Below are positions 1 to 9,672 of a stretch of 64,000 nucleotides of DNA, in pieces (position 1 is the stretch's first letter; each line of letters opens with the position of its first letter). The stretch is taken from positions 1 through 64,000 of IMG/VR virus record IMGVR_UViG_3300020122_000503. One strand, given 5' to 3'. The stretch comes from a virus. A model generated the notes under the pieces. The model was not told where the DNA came from, ran no database searches, and was given only the letters and a program-made list of their open reading frames with translations. The position numbers and the translations under genes are program-made.

Positions 1-122
1 CCTGGTCGATCTGGTGCCGGCTGTTCGGACACAACTGGCAGGACTGGGAGTACAGCTACCCCGGCGAAGTCGTGATTAGCCGGCGCTGTACGAGGTGTTC
101 AAGAAAGGGGCCGCACTCGTGA
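1..122 (+). CDS. partial small Cys/His phage protein (DUF1660-like)
   Basis: Own translation from base 3: WSIWCRLFGHNW...RRCTRCSRKGPHS*; the CxxFGHxW...CxRC pattern; 5' end is outside the window. Confidence 0.5.
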   Translation, partial: WSIWCRLFGHNWQDWEYSYPGEVVISRRCTRCSRKGPHS

Positions 123-201
123 AGCATTTGAAAGAAGTAATCGGCGCGGTATTGAATCCGACGTTCTGGACATGCCTGGGCCTTTCCTTGCGGTGGCCAA
201 G

Positions 202-450
202 GTGAGCCACGTGAAGCAACCCGACACGACAACTCTCGCGGTGTCGTTTGGTGCGACACCTACGAAGAAGCCCACGAAGACGTACCACCAGTGCCAAACG
301 TGCAAGGCGATCTCGGAGCGCTACGACGACGGAACCGGTGTCGAGCGGCACGAACCGCTCTGCGAAGAAGTGCGCCGCCTTTCTAGTCGCCTCACGGAGT
401 TGGAAGACATGCTCGTGCTCGCGGGGATTCTTGCGGAGTTTCGCCCTTGA
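202..450 (+). CDS. hypothetical protein with HxCxxC motif
   Basis: ORF 172..450, probable GTG start at 202; HQCQTC and HEPLC motifs. Confidence 0.45.
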   Translation: MSHVKQPDTTTLAVSFGATPTKKPTKTYHQCQTCKAISERYDDGTGVERHEPLCEEVRRLSSRLTELEDMLVLAGILAEFRP

Positions 451-457
451 GGCCCCG

Positions 458-1078
458 ATGACCGTTCCTCACAACAGAAGGTCTAGATCGGACGGCCACA
501 TCCTGATCTCCGGCACCGGCCGCGCGGGAACCACGCTCCTCGTCCGGTACTTCACGGCGCTCAGTTTCGACACTGGGTTTTCCGTGAACGCGCCCGTCGA
601 CGAGATTGCGAACGCCGGTCTCGAGCGAACTCCCGAGCAAGGCCCCTTACACTACGTGGCGAAGTCGCCGTTCTATGGCGAGATGATCGACAAAATTCGA
701 GTGAAGTGCTGCATCGTTCCGATGCGACGTTTGCTCGACGTGGCGGACAGTCGCAGGCGTGTCTACCGAGAGGCGAAACGACGCGGACTCAACGCTTCGG
801 CACATCCAGGTTCGATTTCAACCAAGGACCCAGCCGGCGAAGAAGTCGCGCTCGCGCTCCGGTTTCATAACCTGATCGAAGCGCTTGCTCGTGGTGGGAC
901 TCCTGTGCATCTCTTGCATTTCCCTGAATTCGCCGAATCGTCGGGCGTGCTCTATACGGGCTTGAGATCAGTTCTCGATGAGCATGGGGTCTCGAGAGAA
1001 GAATCTGACGCGGCGCATAGGGCTACGGTCGACCTCGGGTTGATCCACAAATTCGGGGAAGGAAAACGCGCCGGCTGA
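458..1078 (+). CDS. sulfotransferase-like P-loop protein
   Basis: ILISGTGRAGTT resembles the 5'-PSB loop; YVAKSP and CIVPMR follow; ATG at 458 is in frame with ORF 248..1078. Confidence 0.6.
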   Translation: MTVPHNRRSRSDGHILISGTGRAGTTLLVRYFTALSFDTGFSVNAPVDEIANAGLERTPEQGPLHYVAKSPFYGEMIDKIRVKCCIVPMRRLLDVADSRRRVYREAKRRGLNASAHPGSISTKDPAGEEVALALRFHNLIEALARGGTPVHLLHFPEFAESSGVLYTGLRSVLDEHGVSREESDAAHRATVDLGLIHKFGEGKRAG

Positions 1079-1106
1079 CGTAGTCCTATAAGGAGAGTGA
1101 GCGATC

Positions 1107-1850
1107 ATGTTTTTCAGGTTCGTTGTAATTTCGATGCTTCTTGCCGGCTGCGGCGAGCCGTTCACGTCGCAGGTGTTTTCGGACACGCCGGGCGACGGAG
1201 GCGCGGTGCCGTTCGGCTCGGGTGGCTCGGGCGGTGAGGCGGAAGACGCGGGGCCCGGCACCGGCGGGCGTGTCGGCCTGCACGCGGGTGGCGCGCCCGG
1301 CACGGGCGGCGCCGGTACAGGTGGCTCGCCGTCGACCGGCGGCGTCGTCGGCTCAGGTGGATCTTCGGCGACTGGCGGCGCAGTTGGTCCTGGCGGAGCG
1401 CCCTCGAGCGGCGGCGCTGGCACTGGCGGTAGCACAGGTGGTGCTCCTGGTTCGGGCGGATCACCCGGTACCGGTGGCGGATCGGGTGGCGCGCCGAATT
1501 CGGGCGGCACACCCGGTTCCGGTGGTGTTGTCGACGCTTGCACGCCCGTCACGCACGACAATGGTCTCGGTCAGACGTGGCAGGACTGCGTGCCGCTCGG
1601 TACTTACAATCAGAGCCAAGCAGTGAAAGCGTGCAAGGCATCGTTTGCCGACTTGTGCGCTCCTGACGCTGACCCTCAATATTCTTGTCAAGGCGTTGGA
1701 GGGGTGGGTGTAATCGTAAACGGTCAGGTGCATCAGTGGGTCTATGTGATCCGACCTGGTGCCGGGGTACAAGCAGGCGACATACTCGAATTTGCGCAAG
1801 GATCGTTTGTGTGCCCTAGTTTTCCTGGCGCAACAGGGCGCTGGCGCTGA
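1107..1850 (+). CDS. lipoprotein with Gly/Ser/Thr linker and Cys-rich C-domain
   Basis: Signal peptide with lipobox LAGC; GGxGG-rich linker; AGGAG RBS. Confidence 0.7.
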   Translation: MFFRFVVISMLLAGCGEPFTSQVFSDTPGDGGAVPFGSGGSGGEAEDAGPGTGGRVGLHAGGAPGTGGAGTGGSPSTGGVVGSGGSSATGGAVGPGGAPSSGGAGTGGSTGGAPGSGGSPGTGGGSGGAPNSGGTPGSGGVVDACTPVTHDNGLGQTWQDCVPLGTYNQSQAVKACKASFADLCAPDADPQYSCQGVGGVGVIVNGQVHQWVYVIRPGAGVQAGDILEFAQGSFVCPSFPGATGRWR

Positions 1851-1851
1851 G

Positions 1852-2541
1852 ATGCGCATCACGATCGGCTCCCCCATCTACGAGCGCCCCGAGCCGGCGT
1901 TCGTGGTGTCCCTCATCGCTCTTCTTGACGAGCTCCGAGAGCGCGGGCACGACGCGGACTGGCGCTACGCGAGCGGCGTGGTCCACTGGGCTCGAAATTA
2001 CGTGATGAACGACATGATGCGGGAAGGGCCTGACGTGCTCGTCCAACTCGACGTCGATCATCAGTTCGAGGCGGAGGACGTCGCCGAAGCGATCGAGCTC
2101 GTAGGCGGCGGGCACGTTCCGATGGTCGGTTTCGCGTGCCTCGGACGGAAACCGAAGAACGCGCACGAGCCCCCGCCGTGGGCGACACCGGTCGTGCGAC
2201 ATCCGATTCGGTCTAGTTTCGAGTACCGAGGTCGGAGATACATCGAGGTCGATGCGGTCGGTGGAGGGCTCCTCGTCTGCTCACGCGGCGCTATCGAGCT
2301 ACTTAGCGCCGACGCTCCACGCCAAAGTTTTGGCGACGCGCCGGTGCTCTTCGATTTTCGCGTCAACGTTTCGGAAGACACGTTCTTCTGCGACAGGTGG
2401 CGCGAGATGGGCGGGAAGATCTACTGCGACATGACGTCGCTCACCGGACACATTGGATCGCGCGTCTATGCGATGAATCCGCAGCACTTGCTCTCGTCGC
2501 TTGAGTTCGAAGAGAACGCCGAATACCAGGTACTCGAGTGA
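1852..2541 (+). CDS. GT-A fold (GT2-like) glycosyltransferase
   Basis: MRITIGSP start, RN motif, DVD (DxD), GGGLL, SEDTFFC. Confidence 0.75.
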   Translation: MRITIGSPIYERPEPAFVVSLIALLDELRERGHDADWRYASGVVHWARNYVMNDMMREGPDVLVQLDVDHQFEAEDVAEAIELVGGGHVPMVGFACLGRKPKNAHEPPPWATPVVRHPIRSSFEYRGRRYIEVDAVGGGLLVCSRGAIELLSADAPRQSFGDAPVLFDFRVNVSEDTFFCDRWREMGGKIYCDMTSLTGHIGSRVYAMNPQHLLSSLEFEENAEYQVLE

Positions 2542-3350
2542 AAATCGCAGTCGTCGTTCCTCGCCCGAAGAGCTACACCCATAGCGCCGCGCTTCTCGAT
2601 CTTGCGGTGCCGCTCGCCGAGGGGCTCAAGGAGCACGGGTTCGACGCCGAGATCACAAGCCAGCCCAGCCGCGATCGCTCGGTCATCGTGGGTCCGCATC
2701 TTCTCAGCCAGATGCCGCCCGAAAACGCGATCCTCTACAACACGGAGCAAATCTCGGCCGAGTCGCCGTGGTTCAGTGGGCCTCTCCTTGATCTCTACCG
2801 ACAGCATCGAGTTTGGGACTACGACCCGATGAACACGACGGCGCTCAAGGCTCTCGGAGTCAACGCCGTGACGGTGCCTCCTGGGTACGCGCCATGTCTA
2901 ACCTGCGTCGAGCGCAAGGCTGACCCGGACATCGACGTGCTCTTCTTCGGTAGCGTGAACGTGCGACGTGCGACGGTTCTGAACGAGCTCGGAAGGAATT
3001 TCAAAATCGCATATGCGTCCGATCTCTACGGCTCCGACCGAGATCGGATGGTCGCTCGCGCCAAGATCGTTCTCAACGTGCATTACTACCAAGCCGCGAT
3101 CTTCGAAGCGGCTCGTGTTTCGTACCTGCTCGCAAATCGAGCGTTCGTCGTCTCCGAGAAGTCGACGCACATGCCGTGGCGCGTTGGCTACGTCGCCATG
3201 CCCTACGACAAGCTGATCGACACGTGCGCCGACTACCTCACGACGCCTGAAGAGCGAGCGCGCATCGCCGAGCTCGGTTTCGAAACGTTTTCGGGGAGCT
3301 CCGCGGCGGAGATGGTGCGCCCGGTTGTGGACGAGCTAGGGACCTGTTAA
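2538..3350 (+). CDS. GT-B fold glycosyltransferase (CgeB/GT1-like)
   Basis: DIDVLFFGS, RAKIVLNVH, FEAARVSYLL, VVSE; GTGA overlap with the upstream gene. Confidence 0.75.
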   Translation: MKIAVVVPRPKSYTHSAALLDLAVPLAEGLKEHGFDAEITSQPSRDRSVIVGPHLLSQMPPENAILYNTEQISAESPWFSGPLLDLYRQHRVWDYDPMNTTALKALGVNAVTVPPGYAPCLTCVERKADPDIDVLFFGSVNVRRATVLNELGRNFKIAYASDLYGSDRDRMVARAKIVLNVHYYQAAIFEAARVSYLLANRAFVVSEKSTHMPWRVGYVAMPYDKLIDTCADYLTTPEERARIAELGFETFSGSSAAEMVRPVVDELGTC

Positions 3351-3360
3351 GTTCTGGCGC

Positions 3361-4353
3361 GTGACATCCACCAATCCGCACACCGGTAAGCCCATCAAGT
3401 TCGGCCGTCTGCCTCGAAAGCCCGGTCTCGTTCATCTTCACTTCTCGGACTTCGTACAGCATGTGAAAATGCCGGCGATCCCGGCGACCTTCGACTACTG
3501 GACGAAGGCGAACGCGGCGCTCCGAGATCTGTACGTAAATGACGAGTTAGGCTGCTGTGGCATCTCCATGATGTTCCACGGTGCGGCAACGTTCACTGGC
3601 AACGCCACGGGCACACCATTCCACGCGACGCGGGACCAAATCATCGCTGCCTACTCGAGCGTTGGCGGGTATGTTCCCGGCGACTCGAGCACCGACAACG
3701 GCTGCGTGCTGACGGACGTGTTCGACTACTGGAAGAAGACGGGCCTACCGAATGGAGAGAAGATCCTCGGGTACGTGTCGATCAACGCTTCTAGTTTCAG
3801 AGACGTGCTCGCGGCGAACTACCTCTTCGAAAACCTCTGCTTCGGCATGGGTCTTCCCGATGCATGGGTGAACCCATTCCCGTCCGACGGCGGGACATGG
3901 GATGCGTCGGGGCCTTCGAACCCGAACAACGGTCACGCCGTTCTTGGATGCTCCGGGAACGCCTCGGGCCCGAATGTCGGAATCTGGGTCGACACGTGGG
4001 GCGAGCGCGTTCGAATCACGCCGGCCGCGATCTCGGGTTACGCCGGAAGCGCGAACGGTGGCGAGCTCTGGGCGGTCATCACACCCGATATTCTCGCCAA
4101 GGGACAACAGAAGGCTCCGAATGGCGTCGCCTGGGGCGATCTCATCGCGGCGTTCAATTCGTTCGGTGGCAACGTGCCGGCGCCACTTCCGCCACCGATT
4201 CCACCGTCGCCCTCGAGCGGCGTCACGCTCTCCGCGGCAGAGGCCGCCGTGCGGCAAGCGTTCGCAAGCGGGCCGTCGTGGTTTTTCGGCTCTGGCAAAG
4301 CCACTTCGATTGCGGTGAAAGCGCTCGAAAGCCTCACAGGCTGGTCGAAATAG
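3361..4353 (+). CDS. papain-like cysteine peptidase
   Basis: NDELGCC (catalytic Cys), DNGC, GHAVLG (His), VDTWG. Confidence 0.65.
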   Translation: MTSTNPHTGKPIKFGRLPRKPGLVHLHFSDFVQHVKMPAIPATFDYWTKANAALRDLYVNDELGCCGISMMFHGAATFTGNATGTPFHATRDQIIAAYSSVGGYVPGDSSTDNGCVLTDVFDYWKKTGLPNGEKILGYVSINASSFRDVLAANYLFENLCFGMGLPDAWVNPFPSDGGTWDASGPSNPNNGHAVLGCSGNASGPNVGIWVDTWGERVRITPAAISGYAGSANGGELWAVITPDILAKGQQKAPNGVAWGDLIAAFNSFGGNVPAPLPPPIPPSPSSGVTLSAAEAAVRQAFASGPSWFFGSGKATSIAVKALESLTGWSK

Positions 4354-4377
4354 CCGTTCCCTGGTAGCCTGAGTCCT

Positions 4378-4770
4378 ATGCTCAAGACGGGGCTCGAGTT
4401 CGCACCCGGGACGACCGACGACTGCAAACGGCTTATCGGGCGGATGTTCAAGCCCGTCGACTTGCTCGAGGCGTACCGAACGGCGCGGGAAGAGTTCGGT
4501 AACAGCGACATCGTGCTCGCAGCGTCCGATCAGGTTGAGGGGATTCAGTACACCCCTCGCCTCACTTACGTGGAGATGCTTCGACAACGGCTCGGCCCTC
4601 GCGCGTCCGAGTTCAAGATGTGGGCGAACTCCGCGCAGAGCGTCGTGAGGATGCCGATCGATTCGAACGCCTTCTGGCTCGTGATCGATCTCAAGGGAGC
4701 CGACTTTCCGATTATGTGCGTGATTTTCGCGGTCTCGTACACGGTCGAGCAACCCGCGGCGGTGAACTGA
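4378..4770 (+). CDS. hypothetical protein
   Basis: 130 aa ORF; TAGCCT lies 7 nt upstream of the ATG; coupled to the next gene. Confidence 0.6.
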   Translation: MLKTGLEFAPGTTDDCKRLIGRMFKPVDLLEAYRTAREEFGNSDIVLAASDQVEGIQYTPRLTYVEMLRQRLGPRASEFKMWANSAQSVVRMPIDSNAFWLVIDLKGADFPIMCVIFAVSYTVEQPAAVN

Positions 4771-5021
4771 TGTCGAACGCCAAAACCGGAGTTCTGAGCG
4801 CGCTAGGTGCAGCCGTCGGAGGCGCGTTGGGCGCTGCTGCCGGCTACTACGCCGCGCAGTACCGCCCGCGTCTGAAATACGGCTCGGGCCGGCGCATGCA
4901 CGCTCGAGGCGAGCAAGAGATCGAAGACGCGATGGTGATCGGTGGAGCGACCGGGGCTGTGGTAGGCGCGTTCGTCGGCGGCACAGTGGGCGGAGAAGAT
5001 CCGCCGCAGCTCAAGCGCTAG
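4770..5021 (+). CDS. small glycine-zipper membrane protein
   Basis: MSNAKTG start in a TGATG overlap; two Gly/Ala hydrophobic segments. Confidence 0.6.
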   Translation: MSNAKTGVLSALGAAVGGALGAAAGYYAAQYRPRLKYGSGRRMHARGEQEIEDAMVIGGATGAVVGAFVGGTVGGEDPPQLKR

Positions 5022-5323
5022 CGCGATGGCAGTCTGAGCTTGAGGGTCTGAAGCTCGTTCTTGATCTCGTTGTGCTTCTTCTGAAGTTCTTCGATGTCCC
5101 GACTGTGCTGGTTGATGCGTTTCTCGTGGTCGTCGCTACGTAGGTGAAGCTTATGGTTATCCTCGAGAAGATCTGAAACGGTTTTTTGGATGAGCTTGAG
5201 GACGTTCTCGTCTCGCTCATCGATCCTCTTGAGGAGCCCTTCCTGAAAATGAGCGAACACTTCGAGCACGTCGGCGGCGGTCGGCGGCTTGAGCGGTTGC
5301 GTCTTTCCAAATTTTTCCGTCAT
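5018..5323 (-). CDS. coiled-coil hypothetical protein
   Basis: MTEKFGK... part of ORF 5018..5401; heptad-rich C-terminus. Confidence 0.55.
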   Translation of the reverse strand: MTEKFGKTQPLKPPTAADVLEVFAHFQEGLLKRIDERDENVLKLIQKTVSDLLEDNHKLHLRSDDHEKRINQHSRDIEELQKKHNEIKNELQTLKLRLPSR

Positions 5324-5327
5324 GACG

Positions 5328-5906
5328 TCATCTTTTTTTCGGTCCGGGCCGTGGCGCTGGGAATCGCTGCGGGGGGATTGAAGAATCGGCGTCGTTGACA
5401 TATTTCTCGAGTTCCTCGCGGGTTCTAGAGTCTAACCCGTTCGAGGTTTCCGGATTCAATTTTCGATATTCCCTTTCTCGTTCGCGGGCTTCGAACCAGG
5501 CCCTGTCGGCGGCCGAGTCCACGAAAAACCTACCGGTGTGCTCCTCTTCAATCGGAGGAGGCGGGATCGAGATAGGGTGCCCCACCTCGACCGCTTCCTC
5601 TTGCCGGCGAGCAATTCTGAGAGCGGCGGTCGTCGCTTTGAACTCGCCCTTGAGCCTCGAGTAATGATTCTGGGCTTCCGCTTCACGCTCTTCGGCCCTG
5701 TCGGCACGGTGCTCGGCGGTCGTCGCTCGAAGCTCATTCGCTTCGGCGAGTTTCTTGTCCTTCTCCTTCGCCCACGACCAGATCGCTTTGAACGCGGCGA
5801 CGAGAACGACCGCCGTCGCGCCCACGGCGCTCAGCACCCACGGAACGATCACCGCCCACGGTACGCCGTGGTTCTCAGCGGCGGCGGTGGTTTGAGCGAG
5901 GATCAT
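5328..5906 (-). CDS. membrane-anchored coiled-coil protein (lysis accessory, holin- or spanin-like)
   Basis: N-terminal TM followed by coiled coil; coupled to the lysozyme gene. Confidence 0.55.
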   Translation of the reverse strand: MILAQTTAAAENHGVPWAVIVPWVLSAVGATAVVLVAAFKAIWSWAKEKDKKLAEANELRATTAEHRADRAEEREAEAQNHYSRLKGEFKATTAALRIARRQEEAVEVGHPISIPPPPIEEEHTGRFFVDSAADRAWFEAREREREYRKLNPETSNGLDSRTREELEKYVNDADSSIPPQRFPAPRPGPKKR

Positions 5907-6658
5907 GCGAGACGTGGGGTTACGGGATCAAGCTCTTCAATATCAGGCTCTTCGACCACGCGTCTTAGATTCTCGGCGACGAGCGCGCGTACGCGGGCCT
6001 GATCGTCTTCCGTCGGTCGATATCCGACGAGAGGTAACGGAAGCAGTAACAAATTTTGATCGATAGTACCCGGCGGGGGAGGTTCTGGTGCGCCTCCCAG
6101 ACCGTAAGGTTCGAAAACATTTACACGGTGTTGGTGGATTGTTGCAGGCATGCCGGCGGGGGTTGAGGGAGGCCCGTCGTGATAACGGGCGCACCAGAGC
6201 GGGCGATGCAGAACCCATTCGGGTTTTCCGAGCATGTCCCAACCGCGTTGTGTGATGTACACGAGACAGTCACCAAAATCGGCGACAGCTCGATTAGCGA
6301 AAGATTCACACGGAGCGCTCCACGTCGGAGAAACGGCTACGTGACCGATTTCATCATCTTCGATGTCCAACGCCGGTACGATGTCACCCGTACCGATGCC
6401 GCAACTTTCAATTGCTCGGGTAAGCGCTACGTATTGATCTTCAGGATTTTGCTCGTGCCTGAAGTAGATGTAGAGCCCAACCTTGGCGCCGATCGCGCGA
6501 GCGTGTTGAACGTGCTCGTAGGCGCGTTTGTCGAGCGTCACACCATATGCGGCTCGAACTATTACAAAATCGACGTGGTTTCGAAACGACTCCCACGGGA
6601 GTGTTTCCGGATTTTGATGGCTAGAAACGTCAATGCCGTAACCCAAGGGTGCGGTCAT
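5903..6658 (-). CDS. GH25 lysozyme (endolysin)
   Basis: GIDVSSHQ, FVIVRA, GLYIYF, ALDIE, LWCARY, IHQ, IDQN. Confidence 0.85.
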   Translation of the reverse strand: MTAPLGYGIDVSSHQNPETLPWESFRNHVDFVIVRAAYGVTLDKRAYEHVQHARAIGAKVGLYIYFRHEQNPEDQYVALTRAIESCGIGTGDIVPALDIEDDEIGHVAVSPTWSAPCESFANRAVADFGDCLVYITQRGWDMLGKPEWVLHRPLWCARYHDGPPSTPAGMPATIHQHRVNVFEPYGLGGAPEPPPPGTIDQNLLLLPLPLVGYRPTEDDQARVRALVAENLRRVVEEPDIEELDPVTPRLA

Positions 6659-7239
6659 GCTACGCTCCGAAACGCGCCCGGCGTCGCTACTACACGACCC
6701 GGGCGCTGGACGACTCTGAAAGGAGGGCCGTCAAATGGGAAGCCTAATCGATTTGACCGGCAAGCGCTTCGGCCGATTAATAGTACTGCGCCGCGACGGT
6801 ATCGTGCATCGGGTAAGTCCGGCGTGGATGTGTCGCTGCGATTGCGGAAACGAAAAGCGTGTTGCCGGAGATCATCTCCGTAAGGGCGCGATCGTCTCTT
6901 GCGGATGTTATCGACTTGATGTGATGCGCGAACTACTGACCACGCACGGGATGCGCGATAGCCCAGAATGGTCTTCTTGGAATGCGATGCTACGGCGTTG
7001 CACAGACGAAAAGCATCGCTCGTTCCAAAACTACGGCGGTCGAGGCGTTCGTGTCTGTGAGCGATGGCAAAGTTTCGAAAACTTTTTTGCCGATATGGGT
7101 CTGAAACCGACACCGAAACATTCGCTCGACAGGATCGACAACAACGGAAATTACGAGCCGAGCAACTGTCGATGGGCGACAGCGACCGAACAAGCGAACA
7201 ATCGTCGAACAAGACGTTTACGTGCTCGATGATGTTCAT
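6655..7239 (-). CDS. antisense ORF spanning the HNH gene, coupled at both ends
   Basis: ATGA overlaps at 7236-7239 and 6655-6658; stop-free across the opposite-strand HNH gene. Confidence 0.4.
   Translation of the reverse strand: MNIIEHVNVLFDDCSLVRSLSPIDSCSARNFRCCRSCRANVSVSVSDPYRQKSFRNFAIAHRHERLDRRSFGTSDAFRLCNAVASHSKKTILGYRASRAWSVVRASHQVDNIRKRRSRPYGDDLRQHAFRFRNRSDTSTPDLPDARYRRGAVLLIGRSACRSNRLGFPFDGPPFRVVQRPGRVVATPGAFRSVA
6735..7232 (+). CDS. HNH-type homing endonuclease
   Basis: [52 protein letters not shown]. Confidence 0.85.
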   Translation: MGSLIDLTGKRFGRLIVLRRDGIVHRVSPAWMCRCDCGNEKRVAGDHLRKGAIVSCGCYRLDVMRELLTTHGMRDSPEWSSWNAMLRRCTDEKHRSFQNYGGRGVRVCERWQSFENFFADMGLKPTPKHSLDRIDNNGNYEPSNCRWATATEQANNRRTRRLRAR

Positions 7240-7403
7240 TTCGGTAGTCCCGTCGGCACGCTCGCGGGCGACCTCGAAGGCTCGGCAGAGATTTGCAAGA
7301 CAGGCTCAGGGCGCGGCTTCGTGCAGCGCTCGATCGTGAACACGGTAGCGACCGCTCCGAATACGAAGATCATGACGAGCGTGACGTTGCGCTCCTGATT
7401 CAC
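7236..7403 (-). CDS. 55 aa membrane protein (below the ORF-track cutoff)
   Basis: Own translation MNQERNVTLVMIFVFGAVATVFTIERC...TGLPK*; start and stop overlap both neighbours. Confidence 0.55.
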   Translation of the reverse strand: MNQERNVTLVMIFVFGAVATVFTIERCTKPRPEPVLQISAEPSRSPASVPTGLPK

Positions 7404-8203
7404 GCTGGGAGTCTCCTGTACTCTGGGCTAGGTGATGCTCGTCGCGGCACGTAGTACGCAATTAGCACACCACCGACGATGACGGCCGTTACGCCCGCCG
7501 CGATGGCAACCCAGTGGACCGTCTTCGGAATGTCGTGCGCCGTGTCGGTGAGTCCGTCCGCGATGGCTTGCCCGACGCTGCCGGCCATCTGAAGCGACTC
7601 ACTCGCGCCGTAGCCGAGGAGCTGCAAGATCCCTTTCGTGGTGGTGTACGCGCCTTCGGTGCGCGCGATGATCTCTTGCTGCAAACTGAACGAAGGAAGA
7701 TCCGGAAGCCTAACAGGGATCTCCCACGCCTTCGAGATTTGAAGGAGCTTGTCCTTGTCGGGACCGCCGACTTGAAGAACCACGCTCTGAAGCCACTTCA
7801 GCATGTCGGGAGCGCCCGCAATAATTTGCGAGCTCGACTTGTTCTGCCAAGCGTTCCACCTAGGGAGGATGCCGTCTTGGTTCGTGGAGCTCGTCTCTAT
7901 GCGAGAAAGAGCGAGCGCCGCGCAAAAGGACTGTGACGTGGTGTCGAGGTCTTTCGGGATTTGCGCGTTGGTGAAGATCCCTGGGGGACACTTCTTCGAG
8001 AACTCGGAAGCTTCGAAGCGACTGTTCACGTCGCGCCAGATCTCGAGGTGCGCAGCGATGAACGGCTCCCACATCTGCCTGTACGCGAAGAGATCGCCGG
8101 CATCTCCCAACCCGAGTCGGATAACGCGTTGACCGCCGAAGTAGATCCCTTCCGGTCTCACGATGGGACAGCCGCCAAGAAAAACTTGTTCGCTCATCGC
8201 CAT
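7400..8203 (-). CDS. putative virion protein with C-terminal TM anchor
   Basis: LGLGDAG near the N-terminus; C-terminal TM followed by basic residues. Confidence 0.6.
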   Translation of the reverse strand: MAMSEQVFLGGCPIVRPEGIYFGGQRVIRLGLGDAGDLFAYRQMWEPFIAAHLEIWRDVNSRFEASEFSKKCPPGIFTNAQIPKDLDTTSQSFCAALALSRIETSSTNQDGILPRWNAWQNKSSSQIIAGAPDMLKWLQSVVLQVGGPDKDKLLQISKAWEIPVRLPDLPSFSLQQEIIARTEGAYTTTKGILQLLGYGASESLQMAGSVGQAIADGLTDTAHDIPKTVHWVAIAAGVTAVIVGGVLIAYYVPRRASPSPEYRRLPA

Positions 8204-8289
8204 CTCCGCCTATCGATAATTTCTTCGATGAGCCACATGGTTGCAGCTCCCACGAGAATCAGTATCGCGGCGTGCACGATCTCACTCAT
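8194..8289 (-). CDS. 31 aa membrane peptide
   Basis: MSEIVHAAILILVGAATMWLIEEIIDRRRWR; ATGA-coupled to the upstream gene and similar to its C-terminus. Confidence 0.45.
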   Translation of the reverse strand: MSEIVHAAILILVGAATMWLIEEIIDRRRWR

Positions 8290-8459
8290 CGGCGTCGCCT
8301 CTTCTTTCGAATCTTCTTCGCAACCTCTTCGATGCACCACCCGGCAGCGGCGCCGACCACGCTCGTCGCGAGCGCGAGCCCCCATGGCGAAGCCGTTGCG
8401 ACGACGGGGGCTACCGCAACTTGGCCTAGGCCTACGACTGGCTGACCGTTGCGCATCAT
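8286..8459 (-). CDS. 57 aa membrane protein with basic tail (below the ORF-track cutoff)
   Basis: Own translation MMRNGQPVVGLGQV...GAAAGWCIEEVAKKIRKKRRRR*. Confidence 0.55.
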   Translation of the reverse strand: MMRNGQPVVGLGQVAVAPVVATASPWGLALATSVVGAAAGWCIEEVAKKIRKKRRRR

Positions 8460-8481
8460 CCTCTACCTGTGTTCCTTCTCG

Positions 8482-8889
8482 TCACGACTGCTTCCCCCAA
8501 GAGTACAGGGTTGCTGCCGTGCCGACCGCGAGACTCACCGCCGTGAGGATGGCGACGGTTTTATCCCACCCTCCGCCCTTTTCTGGTGTGGTGCTGCCCC
8601 CTTCGGGCAGAAATACCGCGCCCGCTCGAAAGCATCCTTGCACTAGGTTTCCCTTGTCGTCTCGACCCCAAGCGTGCGGCTCGATGCGGATCAAAGTCGT
8701 GACGCCCGGGAGCGGATAACTCTCGGTACTTCCAAGCGGAATGTTAGTGTCGGACGCGAACGCGGTGGCGCGCTTCACGAGCTCATCAGGTACGGGGCCA
8801 TCAGCTTCAGTCCACGCACGATACCCGTCCGGCGACGGTACGCTCGGGCACTGCTGCGAGAGCTCTGGACCGACGCCGAACTGCGTCAT
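8482..8889 (-). CDS. putative virion membrane protein, paralogous to 39193..39588
   Basis: VPSPDGYRA...IEPH versus VPSGWRRA...VEQH; C-terminal TM. Confidence 0.6.
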   Translation of the reverse strand: MTQFGVGPELSQQCPSVPSPDGYRAWTEADGPVPDELVKRATAFASDTNIPLGSTESYPLPGVTTLIRIEPHAWGRDDKGNLVQGCFRAGAVFLPEGGSTTPEKGGGWDKTVAILTAVSLAVGTAATLYSWGKQS

Positions 8890-8977
8890 CTGGAATGGAG
8901 TCTACGCGGGCGCCCTTGACACGTCCACTTCGGCCGAGAGAGGATACTCGGAAGGACTACAGGGGCAATACGAACGT

Positions 8978-9163
8978 ATGCACAAGACGAAAGTCAAGAA
9001 CGTCAAGTTCACCCCCGAACAGTACCGCTTGATCGAGCAACGCGCGGAGCGCTGTAAAGTGAGTGTTAGCGTGTGGATGCGGTCGATCTTGCTCCAAGTC
9101 GCCACGCGCCCGGCGCGCGAGGGCTACCATCGTGTTCGTGAGCCCGACGGCGCGCTCACTTAG
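8978..9163 (+). CDS. ribbon-helix-helix DNA-binding protein
   Basis: KNVKFTPEQYRLIEQRAERCKVSVSVWMRSILL. Confidence 0.65.
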   Translation: MHKTKVKNVKFTPEQYRLIEQRAERCKVSVSVWMRSILLQVATRPAREGYHRVREPDGALT

Positions 9164-9165
9164 AG

Positions 9166-9672
9166 GTGAAGAGAAAAATGTCAACGACACGCCACATGCT
9201 CGGCCTCGATGCGCCCGGCGACCAAAAAGTGTCGGTGCCGGTGCGAAACTGGACCGCCCTTCGGCTCGCGCTCTGGCGGAGCAAAATCGGCTGGGGGATT
9301 GTCGAACGCGCGGCAATCGAGGTGCTCATGCGGTGTCTTCACACCGAAAACTGCCCCGGGGCTGGCGTGGAGACCGAGCCGTGCTTACCGAGTTGTCCAG
9401 ACCGTGAGCTTCGCATGGACGCCCTCGTCATTTTGAACGCCGCTCGAACGTGCGCGCCTAGGGTCGCACGACAGCCGAACGAGCCGTACTTCGCACCGAG
9501 TCGCGAATACTTCAGCGAGGTGCTCACCGAGCTCGAGACGACGAAGATCGAACTCGAGGCGATGCATGAAGCGCTCCGGCGCGCAGGTGTCGCGACGCCA
9601 GCGCCTCCGCCTGAGGAGGCATCCGTTCTTCCGACACGAGCGCCGGCACAACTAGAGGAGAAGTCCCCGTGA
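9166..9672 (+). CDS. hypothetical protein
   Basis: ORF in a coupled operon; Cys cluster CLHTENCPG...CLPSCPD. Confidence 0.55.
   Translation: MKRKMSTTRHMLGLDAPGDQKVSVPVRNWTALRLALWRSKIGWGIVERAAIEVLMRCLHTENCPGAGVETEPCLPSCPDRELRMDALVILNAARTCAPRVARQPNEPYFAPSREYFSEVLTELETTKIELEAMHEALRRAGVATPAPPPEEASVLPTRAPAQLEEKSP

Noticed and set aside
8916-8948. Canonical sigma70 promoter TTGACA...GATACT
   Set aside because: The spacer is 21 nt, too long; only the shared TTGACACGTC box is reported.
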